Assembly: GCA_041491005.1 (NCBI GenBank)
Contig: JBGPUE010000010.1
Span: 178 to 64,177, forward strand
Origin: Candidatus Binataceae bacterium
Lineage (GTDB): Bacteria; Desulfobacterota; Binatia; Binatales; Binataceae
Direction: 5' to 3'
Length of the DNA: 64,000 nt
The stretch's first letter is position 1; each line of letters starts with the position of its first letter. Positions 1 to 8,577 of this stretch are shown piece after piece. A program made the position numbers and the translations under genes. Under the pieces are notes generated by a model. It saw nothing but the letters and a program-made list of their open reading frames with translations. It was not told the origin of the DNA and did no database searches.

Positions 1-196
1 CCCCAGGGGGAAGCACGATGTCTACATTCAGGTAAGTGTAATAGACCGCCACTGAGTGATTCGCAGCAGCAATGTGCGTGATTATGAGTCACGTGTGCTC
101 CAAGCGACTCCATCGTAGCAATGGACACCCTTGGCATATCAGCTTTGCCGACTCGGCATCAGTTGCTGTATGATTCACGCCGCCTAGGGGGAACAA

Positions 197-2293
197 TTGC
201 CCACGTTAACCGACATGCGCGCGCTAATGCGAGACCTCGCCGCCGAGCCGGCTCACAGTCAAAGACGGAGCAACCTTCCTCGCGACCAGGCACACTCACT
301 CGAATCGTCCGAAGCGCAAGAACAGATAGCAACGACAGATGACATGGCATCACGTCTGAGAGATTCCGAAGAGGAGCGCGCCGAGATTCTCAACCGCCTC
401 CAGTTTGCTTCACTGAGCCAACAGCATCTCGAGCAGCGAATCCTGGCCCTGGAGAACAGTTTTGTTTCCCGCTGCTTTCGGTCACTGGGCCGGGTCTACG
501 ATACCACCCGGGCGAGACTCGCCTACAAACTCGCCAATTCCCGCTTCAACCCTTACTATCTGAAGCTCAGGCGCACGGACCCACGAGGACGCCTTTACCG
601 GCAGTGGGCGCAGCTCGAGGAGGCATGCGCCCCATCACCCGAGTGGCATCGGCAGCAAGCGCATCGATGGCACTATCGCCCGCTGGTCAGCATCGTTACG
701 CCGGTGCACAACCCCAAGCGACAGTGGCTGGATGCCGCGGTCTCCTCGGTTGTCGGTCAAACGTACGATAACTGGGAGTTGTGCGTTTGCGACGACGCTT
801 CCCGCGAGGAATGGGTGGCCAAATTCCTCGACGCTAAAGCAAAGGCTGACTCTCGCATCCGGGTTGTCGGGTCAAACACGCCTATCGGCATCTCGGGCGC
901 TCTCAACCTCGCCGGAAGCCTTGCCCGCGGCGAATATGTAGGCTTCCTTGACCATGATGATCTCCTAAGCCCCTACGCTCTCCATTACGTCGTCGAGGCG
1001 CTTCAGGATTCGAACTTCGATCTCATCTACACAGACGAAGACATCGTGAACGAACAAGGAAACCGCATCTTGCCTAACTTTAAGCCAGGATGGTCGCCGG
1101 AGCTGTTGGCCGCCTGCATGTACATCAATCATTTCATGGTGGTATCGCGGCGGCGGCTCGATCAGGTTGGTTGGTTTAGATCTGAATGCGACGGCGCCCA
1201 GGACTACGACCTCGCCCTGCGCCTCAGCGACCTTACGCCGAGCGTTCAGCACTTGCCGCGCGTCCTGTATCACTGGCGTCGGCATGAGGGTTCGTCGATA
1301 GCTGATTCATCGGCGAAGCCTTATACTCACAACGCGGGGCGCCGCGCCCTCGCGGACGCCGTTGAGCGGCGTGGCCAGGACGCGGAAGTGGAAGATGGCC
1401 CGCGCCCGAACACGTACCATCTCAAATACCGGCCGTCCCGCACACCGTTGGTCAGTCTTATAGTTTGTTCGAGGCGCCACAAACTGCTTAGGCGCTGTCT
1501 ATCCGCGTTGAAATCCAGAACTGATTATCCAAACCGTGAAATCATCGTCGTCGAGCACTCGGGCGACGACGAAGCGATAGAGAAGCTGATCGAGCGCTTC
1601 GCGTGCCGGCGGGTTGTTTACTCGGCACCGTTCAACTTCTCATCAATGAACAACAGCGGAGTTGCGGTCGCCGAAGGCGAAGTGCTGGTCCTTCTGAACG
1701 ATGATGTCAAGCCGCTCGACTCGCGCTGGCTTGGCTATCTGGTGAGCCAGTTGGAGCGCCCTGAAGTGGGCGTCGTAGGCGCGAAGCTGCTCTACCCTTC
1801 CGGAGCGATCCAGCACGCGGGCTTGGTCATCGACGCGCTTGTCGGGGCGGCGCATCCCGGGCGCGGTTCCTTCACCAGTGGCTACTGGCCCTGGCTGGAT
1901 CTCACGCGCGATGTTTCCGCCGTTACCGGAGCATGCCTTGCGATTCGTAAGGACCTTTTTGAGCGGGTAGGTGGTCTGGACCCTTCGTTTCCGATGAACT
2001 ACAACGACGTAGATCTCTGCCTTAGAGTGAGGCAGTTGGGTTTCCGCGTTGTCTACGAGGCACGTGCTGTATTGTGCCACTATGAGGCCAGCACTCGCGC
2101 GCCAGGCATCGGCTACAAAGAACGGGAATCGTTCTTCGGGCGCTGGCCAGAGTCGTTCGCAAAGGGGGACCAGTACTACAATCCCAACCTTACTGCCGAG
2201 GCCGAAGTGTTGCCGGACTTAGAAGTGCTTCAACGGCGGGTCAGCGCTAGGCAAGTGACGGCGTTTTCTGGCACGCAGATCGCTCGATCCTAA
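197..2293 (+). CDS. Two-domain family-2 glycosyltransferase (tandem GT-A domains) with N-terminal coiled-coil region
   Basis: ORF 698 aa. First GT2 block 'VSIVTPVHNPKRQWLDAAVSSVVGQTYDNWELCVCDDAS ... GFLDHDDLL' (DxD). Second GT2 block 'LVSLIVCSRRHKLL...LLNDDVKP...'. Residues about 40-110 are heptad-like ('RLRDSEEERAEILNRLQFASLSQQHLEQRILALENSF'). Confidence 0.8.
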   Translation: MPTLTDMRALMRDLAAEPAHSQRRSNLPRDQAHSLESSEAQEQIATTDDMASRLRDSEEERAEILNRLQFASLSQQHLEQRILALENSFVSRCFRSLGRVYDTTRARLAYKLANSRFNPYYLKLRRTDPRGRLYRQWAQLEEACAPSPEWHRQQAHRWHYRPLVSIVTPVHNPKRQWLDAAVSSVVGQTYDNWELCVCDDASREEWVAKFLDAKAKADSRIRVVGSNTPIGISGALNLAGSLARGEYVGFLDHDDLLSPYALHYVVEALQDSNFDLIYTDEDIVNEQGNRILPNFKPGWSPELLAACMYINHFMVVSRRRLDQVGWFRSECDGAQDYDLALRLSDLTPSVQHLPRVLYHWRRHEGSSIADSSAKPYTHNAGRRALADAVERRGQDAEVEDGPRPNTYHLKYRPSRTPLVSLIVCSRRHKLLRRCLSALKSRTDYPNREIIVVEHSGDDEAIEKLIERFACRRVVYSAPFNFSSMNNSGVAVAEGEVLVLLNDDVKPLDSRWLGYLVSQLERPEVGVVGAKLLYPSGAIQHAGLVIDALVGAAHPGRGSFTSGYWPWLDLTRDVSAVTGACLAIRKDLFERVGGLDPSFPMNYNDVDLCLRVRQLGFRVVYEARAVLCHYEASTRAPGIGYKERESFFGRWPESFAKGDQYYNPNLTAEAEVLPDLEVLQRRVSARQVTAFSGTQIARS
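2269..2284 (+). promoter_or_regulatory. Weak candidate sigma-54 (-24/-12) promoter motif TGGCACG-N4-TCGCT inside the 3' end of the GT2 gene, upstream of the megaenzyme gene
   Basis: Sequence 'tggcacgcagatcgct'. GG at 2270-71 and GC at 2282-83 (GG-N10-GC). The -24 half matches consensus. The -12 half reads TCGC rather than TTGC. Confidence 0.2.
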
Positions 2294-2408
2294 CCTGCGC
2301 ACGGGAAGCACGGGGTGCTCCTGCGCAAAAGATTCGTGATGCCAGTGGGCTGCGCCGAGAATTTGGAGCCGGGTCCAGCGGCCTCGAGAGAGGAGTCGAC
2401 GCTTCAAG

Positions 2409-5400
2409 ATGGCGAGCGACAGGCACAGCCCGAGCACGCAGGCGGCAGGTAGTCAGGGATTGGAGGTCAAGCCCGACGGTATCCGCGCTGACGGCGGTTC
2501 GGGGCGGCAGGCCGCTGCGATGCGATCCGAGATCGTTTCACCGGACGGCACGGAGCTCTCTCGTCTCTATAACGAGCACTATTTCCAGACCGGTTGCGGC
2601 CCGATCCCTTACGATCGCACGGAACCTTGGCTCACGTTTTTTGGAAACATTGCGGAACAGGTGATCCGTAGCCTCCGGCCGCGCAAGGTTCTCGACGCCG
2701 GCTGTGCGATGGGATTCCTCGTCGAGTCCTTTTGGGATCGAGGTGTCGAAGCTTGGGGGATAGACATCTCTCCTTACGCCATCTCCAGGGTTCGACCTGA
2801 CATGAGGCCGTTTTGCGCAGTTGGTTCGCTTACCGATCCGCTGCAAGGCCCCTTCGATATAGTCGTTTGCACCGAGGTCATCGAGCACATTCCCTCAGAG
2901 CATGAACGGACCGTGGCGGAGAATCTGTGTGCCGCCACCAGCACAATCCTCTTCTCTTCCACGCCCTCTGACTTCGCGGAGGCGACCCACTTCAACGTCC
3001 GGCCGCTTATCTACTGGCTGAGACTATTCTCCGAGTTCGGTTTCTGGCCAGATCTACTATTCGATACGAGCTTTGTCGCGCCTCACGCAATGCTGCTCAG
3101 GAAGAGCGAACAGCGACTGCCGGAAGAAGTGCTGGTGCTGTTCGCCGAGACCCTCCGTCACAAGGCGGCAATTCATGAGCTCAACACCCAGCTCGGTTCG
3201 GCAACCAGTGCATTGCAACAGGCGCGCGGCGATCTCGAAACGGTCCGAGCTCAGGAAGGGCGTGTCCGGCAAGAGACCGTGAGGCTCAAGCAAGCACTCA
3301 ACGCCGCCGAGCGCCGCCTCAGCGATACCTTCGCCAGCCCGGGCTGGAGAGTGATCGAGCGATACCGCGGCTGGGTTCAAAGGCAGCGACGGCTCCGCCC
3401 GCGATTATTCAATCGATACGAGAGAGTCGCGCTCTGGGCGCTTAGGCGGATAGCTCACGAACAGCGCCCAAGTAGACAGCCTGATAGAGGCCGTCGCGCG
3501 ACCGACCAACCTGTGACGCCCGACAACGATCCATCGGAGCCTCCGGCAAGTGCAATCGCGGAGGCCCAAGAACGTCCCGACCAAAGCATCTCCCGGTTCC
3601 TGCTGATCATCAGCGGCTGCCCAGGCGATGCCTACCGGTATCGCGTCGAGCACCAGGCGGAGGAGCTTCGCCTGCTCGGGTTGTCTGTCGAGGCCGCCCT
3701 ATTCGACGCAGTCGACTACACCAGCGTCATAACTCAATACAGCGCCTTTGTTCTCCATCGGGTGCCGCACACTTCAGGCATCGAGCAGTTCATCGATCGG
3801 GCAAAGAGGCTGGGCAAACCCGTTATCTTCGATACGGATGATTTGATTTTTAGCGAGAGCTTCATCGGAGACATTAAGGCAATACGTGACTTCGCGCCCG
3901 ACGAGTACAATCTCTACATAGATGGCGTGAGGCGCTACCACAGAACGCTCTCGCAATGCGCAGCCGCAATCGTTACCACGGAGCCTCTGCGCGACCGGGT
4001 CAAAGAGTCATTCCCCGATCGGCCTGTGTACGTCAATCGAAACGCCGTCAGCGACGAGATGCTCCAGCAGGCCGACTTCGCGCTCGAGCATATACCGAAA
4101 ACTGACGATGGTCTGGTCCGAATTTTATACATGAGCGGAACCAGCACACACAACGATGACTTCGCCCAGTGTGTTCCGGCGCTCGCGCGAATACTCGAGG
4201 CGTACCCGAACGTGCGCCTTATGATTGTCGGTCATCTCGACGTACCTGAACGTCTACGTAGCACGGTGGACCGGCTGGAGATTAGTCCGTTCATGCCATG
4301 GCAGGAATTGCCAGCGCTCATGCGCCGCGCAGACATCAATCTTGCGCCGCTCGAGCTGAATAACGCCTTCACGGAATGCAAGAGCGAACTGAAGTATTTC
4401 GAAGCCGGTCTGCTGGAGCTTCCGACGGTGGCCTCCGACCTGCCCGCCTATCGAGTCGCGATCACCCACGGCGAGAACGGGTTTCTGTGCCGAAGCGAGC
4501 AGGAGTGGTTCGAAACGCTTGAGCGGCTGGCGCTGGACCCCGCGCTGAGACGACGGGTCGGAAGCCGGGCGCGCACGGACGTACTCGCCCGTTACACAAC
4601 CCGCAGTCGTGCCCCTCAGCTCGCGACGGCGTTGCGCCGGATATTCACTGACCTCCGCCTCAATGCTCAAGGCCGTCTTTCTGTGGCGATCGTGATGCGA
4701 GCGCCTATAGCGCAGACGGGGGGAGGGTACCGGAATATCTTCGCCCTTGCGAACCATCTTGCGGCACGCGGACACGACGTACATCTGTATGTCGAGGCGA
4801 TTGCTCACCTCGAGGGAATGAACGATGCTCAGATAGTCTCGTTTTGTCACCGACATTTCGGAGAGAGTGCGGCTCAAATTCACGTTGGCCACGATCAGAT
4901 TCTCGCCAGTGACATTGCCGTCGCCACCAACTGGCCCACGGCCTATGCCGTCACCGCGCTCGAGAGCACGAGATGCAAGGCGTACCTGGTTCAGGACTTC
5001 GAACCGGATTTCTACGATCGGGTGGATCCGGCCCATGAACTGGCAGAACGGACCTACGACCTTCCGCTCAGGAAGATCACGTTGGGGAAGTATCTCCAGA
5101 AGCTGTTTTGCGAGCGTGACCGCCTGCCAACCCACCACATCCCCTTTTCCATTGACTCATCAATCTACCGCAACCTCAACACTCGGCCCCAATCGCCCGT
5201 CCGAGTCCTGTTCTTTGCGCGGCCGGGCCTGAAACGGCGCGCGTACCCGGTCGGCGTGAAAGCCTTGCGAATCTTGGCGCGCGCGTGCCCTGAAGTTGAG
5301 ATCGCGTTCTACGGTATGGTCGAGCGAGAGGAACTGGGGTTCGCCTATCAACACCTCGGGGAATTGTCCTCATCCGAACTCGCGCGGGAGATGAACCGCA

Positions 5401-6629
5401 GTCACATTCACCTCTCATTCTCCTTGACCAACATCTCGTGGGTGCCTTTCGAGGCGATGGCGTGTGGCTGCGCCGTCGTCGAAGCCAGGGTTCCCACCGT
5501 CGAGTCGTGGATGGAAGGGGAAGGCACCAACTCGCTGCTGGTTGACCCGGAGCCGAGAGCCGTCGCAGACGCTCTCATCACGCTCGTTAGAGATGCCGGC
5601 TTGCGCAAGCGGATAGCGGCCAATGGCGAAAAGCATGTAGCAAGGATCTCGTCGAGTTGGGAAGCGGCCTGTGCCCAGTTTGAAAGCATACTGCTTGACG
5701 CAGTATTCAAACAGTATCTTCCTACAGAGGGAGCGCTAATCACATCGCGAGACGGCCGCTTCGATGGGAAGATATTCTACGTACGCGGCGGGAGGCGTCG
5801 CTGGGTGCAGGATCTGGCACGGGCAGGGGAAGCGGGGTTGCGCACTACCGACGGCGTGTTGCGGCTGTCCGACGATGAGATAGCCAAGCTACCGCTGGGC
5901 GGGTACGTTCCTCGCGACTGGACGCTCGCTGATTGGAAATCGCCGCCGGCGACGGCACCGCTGCGCGAGATCGCAGCGTCAAGACTGACAGGCTCCGGCC
6001 TTGAGTTCGGAGCAGGCGACAATCCTTTCCCCACCCCATTGCACTGCGAGGTCCGCTACGTCGATAGGCTGCCACAGGAAGAGTTTGCCGCGCAGTATCA
6101 TCCAAACGAGAACATCGACGCCGTACGGCCTGATATGATCACAGGCCTTTGCCAAATGGAGGGCATTTCAAACGAGAGCGTCGACTTCGTCATCGCATGC
6201 CATGTGCTCGAGCATACGGCAAATCCGCTTCTTGCTTTGCGAACGGCATACTTGCGTCTGAAGCCGGGCGGCCAGTTGGTGCTCGTCATTCCGGACAAGC
6301 GCTATACCTTTGACCGGCAGCGCGAGCTGACTCCACTCGAACACCTGATTCTAGACTACGAGTCGCCCTCGCCTGACAGAGATCGTCAACATTGGCAGGA
6401 GTGGTACACGAAAGCCTTTCCAGTGTCTCCTGAGCAGATCGACGGATCAATCGCGTCTGCGTTGGAGCGCGACGCTGACATTCACTACCATACCTGGACC
6501 TACGAGAGTTTTACGGAAATGGTCGAATATGCGCGCCGCGACCTCGCTCCGTGGTCCGCCGTGTGGTCCCATCCTGTACGAAGAAATACCGAGGAGGGAA
6601 TCGAGTTCTACTTCGTCCTGACAAAATAG
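2409..6629 (+). CDS. Four-domain polysaccharide-modifying megaenzyme: class I SAM methyltransferase, coiled coil, GT-B glycosyltransferase, second GT-B glycosyltransferase, second SAM methyltransferase (WsaE-like architecture with an extra C-terminal MTase)
   Basis: 1406 aa. N-terminal MTase 'VLDAGCAMGFLVESFWDRGVEAWGIDISPY...FDIVVCTEVIEHIP'. Coiled coil 'HELNTQLGSATSALQQARGDLETVRAQEGRVRQETVRLKQALNAAERRL'. GT4-like 'ILYMSGTSTHNDDF...ELKYFEAGLLELPTVASDLPAYRV...GFLC'. Second GT-B 'RVLFFARPGLKRRAYP...FEAMACGCAVVE'. C-terminal MTase 'LEFGAGDNPFP...ACHVLEHTANP...LKPGGQLVLVIPDKRYTFD'. Confidence 0.75.
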   Translation: MASDRHSPSTQAAGSQGLEVKPDGIRADGGSGRQAAAMRSEIVSPDGTELSRLYNEHYFQTGCGPIPYDRTEPWLTFFGNIAEQVIRSLRPRKVLDAGCAMGFLVESFWDRGVEAWGIDISPYAISRVRPDMRPFCAVGSLTDPLQGPFDIVVCTEVIEHIPSEHERTVAENLCAATSTILFSSTPSDFAEATHFNVRPLIYWLRLFSEFGFWPDLLFDTSFVAPHAMLLRKSEQRLPEEVLVLFAETLRHKAAIHELNTQLGSATSALQQARGDLETVRAQEGRVRQETVRLKQALNAAERRLSDTFASPGWRVIERYRGWVQRQRRLRPRLFNRYERVALWALRRIAHEQRPSRQPDRGRRATDQPVTPDNDPSEPPASAIAEAQERPDQSISRFLLIISGCPGDAYRYRVEHQAEELRLLGLSVEAALFDAVDYTSVITQYSAFVLHRVPHTSGIEQFIDRAKRLGKPVIFDTDDLIFSESFIGDIKAIRDFAPDEYNLYIDGVRRYHRTLSQCAAAIVTTEPLRDRVKESFPDRPVYVNRNAVSDEMLQQADFALEHIPKTDDGLVRILYMSGTSTHNDDFAQCVPALARILEAYPNVRLMIVGHLDVPERLRSTVDRLEISPFMPWQELPALMRRADINLAPLELNNAFTECKSELKYFEAGLLELPTVASDLPAYRVAITHGENGFLCRSEQEWFETLERLALDPALRRRVGSRARTDVLARYTTRSRAPQLATALRRIFTDLRLNAQGRLSVAIVMRAPIAQTGGGYRNIFALANHLAARGHDVHLYVEAIAHLEGMNDAQIVSFCHRHFGESAAQIHVGHDQILASDIAVATNWPTAYAVTALESTRCKAYLVQDFEPDFYDRVDPAHELAERTYDLPLRKITLGKYLQKLFCERDRLPTHHIPFSIDSSIYRNLNTRPQSPVRVLFFARPGLKRRAYPVGVKALRILARACPEVEIAFYGMVEREELGFAYQHLGELSSSELAREMNRSHIHLSFSLTNISWVPFEAMACGCAVVEARVPTVESWMEGEGTNSLLVDPEPRAVADALITLVRDAGLRKRIAANGEKHVARISSSWEAACAQFESILLDAVFKQYLPTEGALITSRDGRFDGKIFYVRGGRRRWVQDLARAGEAGLRTTDGVLRLSDDEIAKLPLGGYVPRDWTLADWKSPPATAPLREIAASRLTGSGLEFGAGDNPFPTPLHCEVRYVDRLPQEEFAAQYHPNENIDAVRPDMITGLCQMEGISNESVDFVIACHVLEHTANPLLALRTAYLRLKPGGQLVLVIPDKRYTFDRQRELTPLEHLILDYESPSPDRDRQHWQEWYTKAFPVSPEQIDGSIASALERDADIHYHTWTYESFTEMVEYARRDLAPWSAVWSHPVRRNTEEGIEFYFVLTK
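2559..3050 (+). other. Domain: N-terminal class I SAM-dependent methyltransferase of the megaenzyme (approximate bounds)
   Basis: Motif I-like 'VLDAGCAMGFLV' and post-I acidic 'WGIDIS'. Motif 'IVVCTEVIEHI'. Confidence 0.55.
3579..4690 (+). other. Domain: GT-B fold glycosyltransferase 1 (GT4-like) of the megaenzyme (approximate bounds)
   Basis: Sequence 'FLLIISGCPGDAYRYRVEHQAEELRLLG...IFDTDDL...ILYMSGTSTHNDDF...FEAGLLELPTVASDLPAY'. Confidence 0.55.
4700..5790 (+). other. Domain: GT-B fold glycosyltransferase 2 of the megaenzyme (approximate bounds)
   Basis: Sequence 'LSVAIVMRAPIAQTGGGYRNIFALANHLAARGHDVHLYV...RVLFFARPGLKRRAYPVGVKAL...HLSFSLTNISWVPFEAMACGCAVVEA'. Confidence 0.5.
6009..6629 (+). 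other. Domain: C-terminal SAM methyltransferase of the megaenzyme, paralogous to the downstream 244-aa MTase
   Basis: Shared blocks with ORF 6765-7499. 'LEFGAGD' aligns with 'LEIGAGD'. 'VDFVIACHVLEHTANP' aligns with 'FDYVFLAHVIEHVADP'. 'VIPDKRYTFDRQRELTPLEHLILDY' aligns with 'AVPDKRRTFDNPRPATAIEHILSDY'. 'IHYHTWTYESF' aligns with 'VHCHVWTDEDF'. Confidence 0.6.
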
Positions 6630-6764
6630 AGCGCGACCGGACCTGGCAAAGAACATTCTCCGCTCGCATTCTGCCACACTCGGCGCCGATGCTTAGTTGA
6701 ATGCTCGACGTCATACGATGACCCTCGCAAGCAATCGCTTGTCACACTTCTCAAAGGATAGAGA

Positions 6765-7499
6765 ATGATAACGCGCGCGGACTACCAGCGGAATAGGTTC
6801 GCTTTCCTCACCGGTCTAACGGACGTGAAGAAAGGCCTCGGTTTGGAAATTGGCGCCGGCGATCTGCCCACGGTCCTGCCCGGCGCCGGCAGATGCCTGC
6901 ATGCAAACATGTACGGCAAGAGAGATCTGGTGACGCTCTTCAATCTTCCTGCCGAGCAGGTGCCTGAGGTCAATTACGTAGTGAGTCGGCGGCAGCCCCT
7001 GTCGGAGCAGATTGGATTGCAAACCTTCGACTACGTTTTTCTGGCCCACGTGATTGAGCATGTGGCCGACCCGATTGGTTATGTCAAGGATCTGACAAAT
7101 CTCTTGAGACAAGATGCGCTGATCGTGATGGCAGTTCCCGACAAGCGCAGAACGTTCGACAATCCCCGACCGGCAACTGCGATTGAGCATATCCTCAGCG
7201 ACTATCACGAGAGAGCCATGTACCCGTCGGTGGAACACATAATGCAGTTCGCACCGTGCATCATCGACGAGCTCAAAGGCAAAGATTCGGTCGAGCTATA
7301 CCAATGGGCACAGGCCAACCACGAAAGTGGTGCGGCAGATGTCCATTGTCACGTTTGGACAGACGAAGACTTCTTCCGCCAAGTCGACGAGATCAGACGA
7401 GCTGGTCTTTGGACCGGGCTGACAGTCGTGGCCAAATGGCCGAACAGTGGTGACTTCAACGAATTCATGATCGCGTTGAGGTACACGGGAGGGCGATAG
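6765..7499 (+). CDS. Class I SAM-dependent methyltransferase (stand-alone paralogue of the megaenzyme's C-terminal MTase domain)
   Basis: 244 aa with 'GLEIGAGDLP', 'LAHVIEHVADP', 'PDKRRTFD' and 'HCHVWTDEDF'. Conserved blocks are shared with residues about 1198-1406 of the upstream ORF. Confidence 0.7.
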   Translation: MITRADYQRNRFAFLTGLTDVKKGLGLEIGAGDLPTVLPGAGRCLHANMYGKRDLVTLFNLPAEQVPEVNYVVSRRQPLSEQIGLQTFDYVFLAHVIEHVADPIGYVKDLTNLLRQDALIVMAVPDKRRTFDNPRPATAIEHILSDYHERAMYPSVEHIMQFAPCIIDELKGKDSVELYQWAQANHESGAADVHCHVWTDEDFFRQVDEIRRAGLWTGLTVVAKWPNSGDFNEFMIALRYTGGR

Positions 7500-8435
7500 G
7501 GGTACTGTCGGTGTTGGTGTGAATTGGAGTACATCCGCCAAGAATCGTGGCGCGGCGAGTTTCGCAAACATGCGCTGTTCGGCTTGAGCGCCCCCGGCCC
7601 TTCGGGCTGGTAGTAGAATGCCCACGATAGTCGCCCCAGTGCTGATGAGGTCGAGCGCCAGCCGCGCGCGACCACCTTGAGCAAAGCCAGATCTGGCCCC
7701 GGCGACGTGGGCGCCTGATTCCCGTTCAGGATGATGCGACTCACTCCGCCTCCGCAAGCGATTTCGAACGGAACTTCGAGTGGCGTGAGCTCCAACTGCT
7801 CAGGCGTTTTGGAATGAACTTCCATCGCTGAGTCATTCGTGCGACAAGGGTCGATGCTGATCCGAAGTCGCCCCTTCGCAACCACGACCTTCGGACAACA
7901 AGACGCAGTATCCGGTGGCGCTCGGACTCGTCGACAGACTTGAACCGCGCCATAGCGGCTCTCGCGCGCTCATCTTTGGACAAGGTCTTGAGCGTGGAGT
8001 CGATGACCAGCTGTTCCAGCTCGTGAGCTGCGACACGTGGCAGGCTACCGGCTTCTTCGGGCCGATGCTGAACGACTGCCTGACTTACATAGTAGCGATA
8101 GCGGCGGCCTCCCTTACTCGTATGCGGACCGATTCAGTTGTTCTTCTTAGCGCGCGCTCCCGCCTGATGCCCGTTTGCGCCACCTCGCTTCGTGATCCGC
8201 ATTGCAGCCGTTTGGACATCACCAGAACCCACAACGCAAGTAGTTCTTTCTTGCCAAGTCCGCTGACCAGATCTGTCGGCATTTTCGGCAACGAAGCCGA
8301 TCGCCGCCGATCAAGTCGACGCCGACGCCTCTGAGGACAAACTCCGCACCCGCGCCGGAAAGCTTTGGAGTATCCGGACACATCGGCGCCTCCGATTCGC
8401 ACGATGCTTCACCGCCCTGCCACCACGACCTTCAT

Positions 8436-8476
8436 CGTTATAAGACTTTAGAGATAATCTTAATAATTCATGAGAC
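8436..8476. other. About 40-nt AT-rich patch in an otherwise about 65% GC context, about 100 nt beyond the cgs stop codon
   Basis: Sequence 'ttataagactttagagataatcttaataattcatgagacg' contains TATAAT-like 'gataat' and 'taataat'. It sits in the 1.1-kb apparently non-coding gap between convergent genes. Confidence 0.4.
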
Positions 8477-8577
8477 GTCATAGTGGGTCAAGACCATCGA
8501 GTCTCCCCGGTCGCCGCCAGAGCAACTAGCGCCCTGCCGGTCACCACATGGCGACGAGGTACGTCTCGTTCCCTCGA

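Noticed and set aside
7349-7983. Minus-strand ORFs 7349-7885 and 7741-7983 as real genes
   Set aside because: They have no recognisable family. The first overlaps the methyltransferase gene on the other strand for most of its length. I kept them only as a possible decayed-gene observation.
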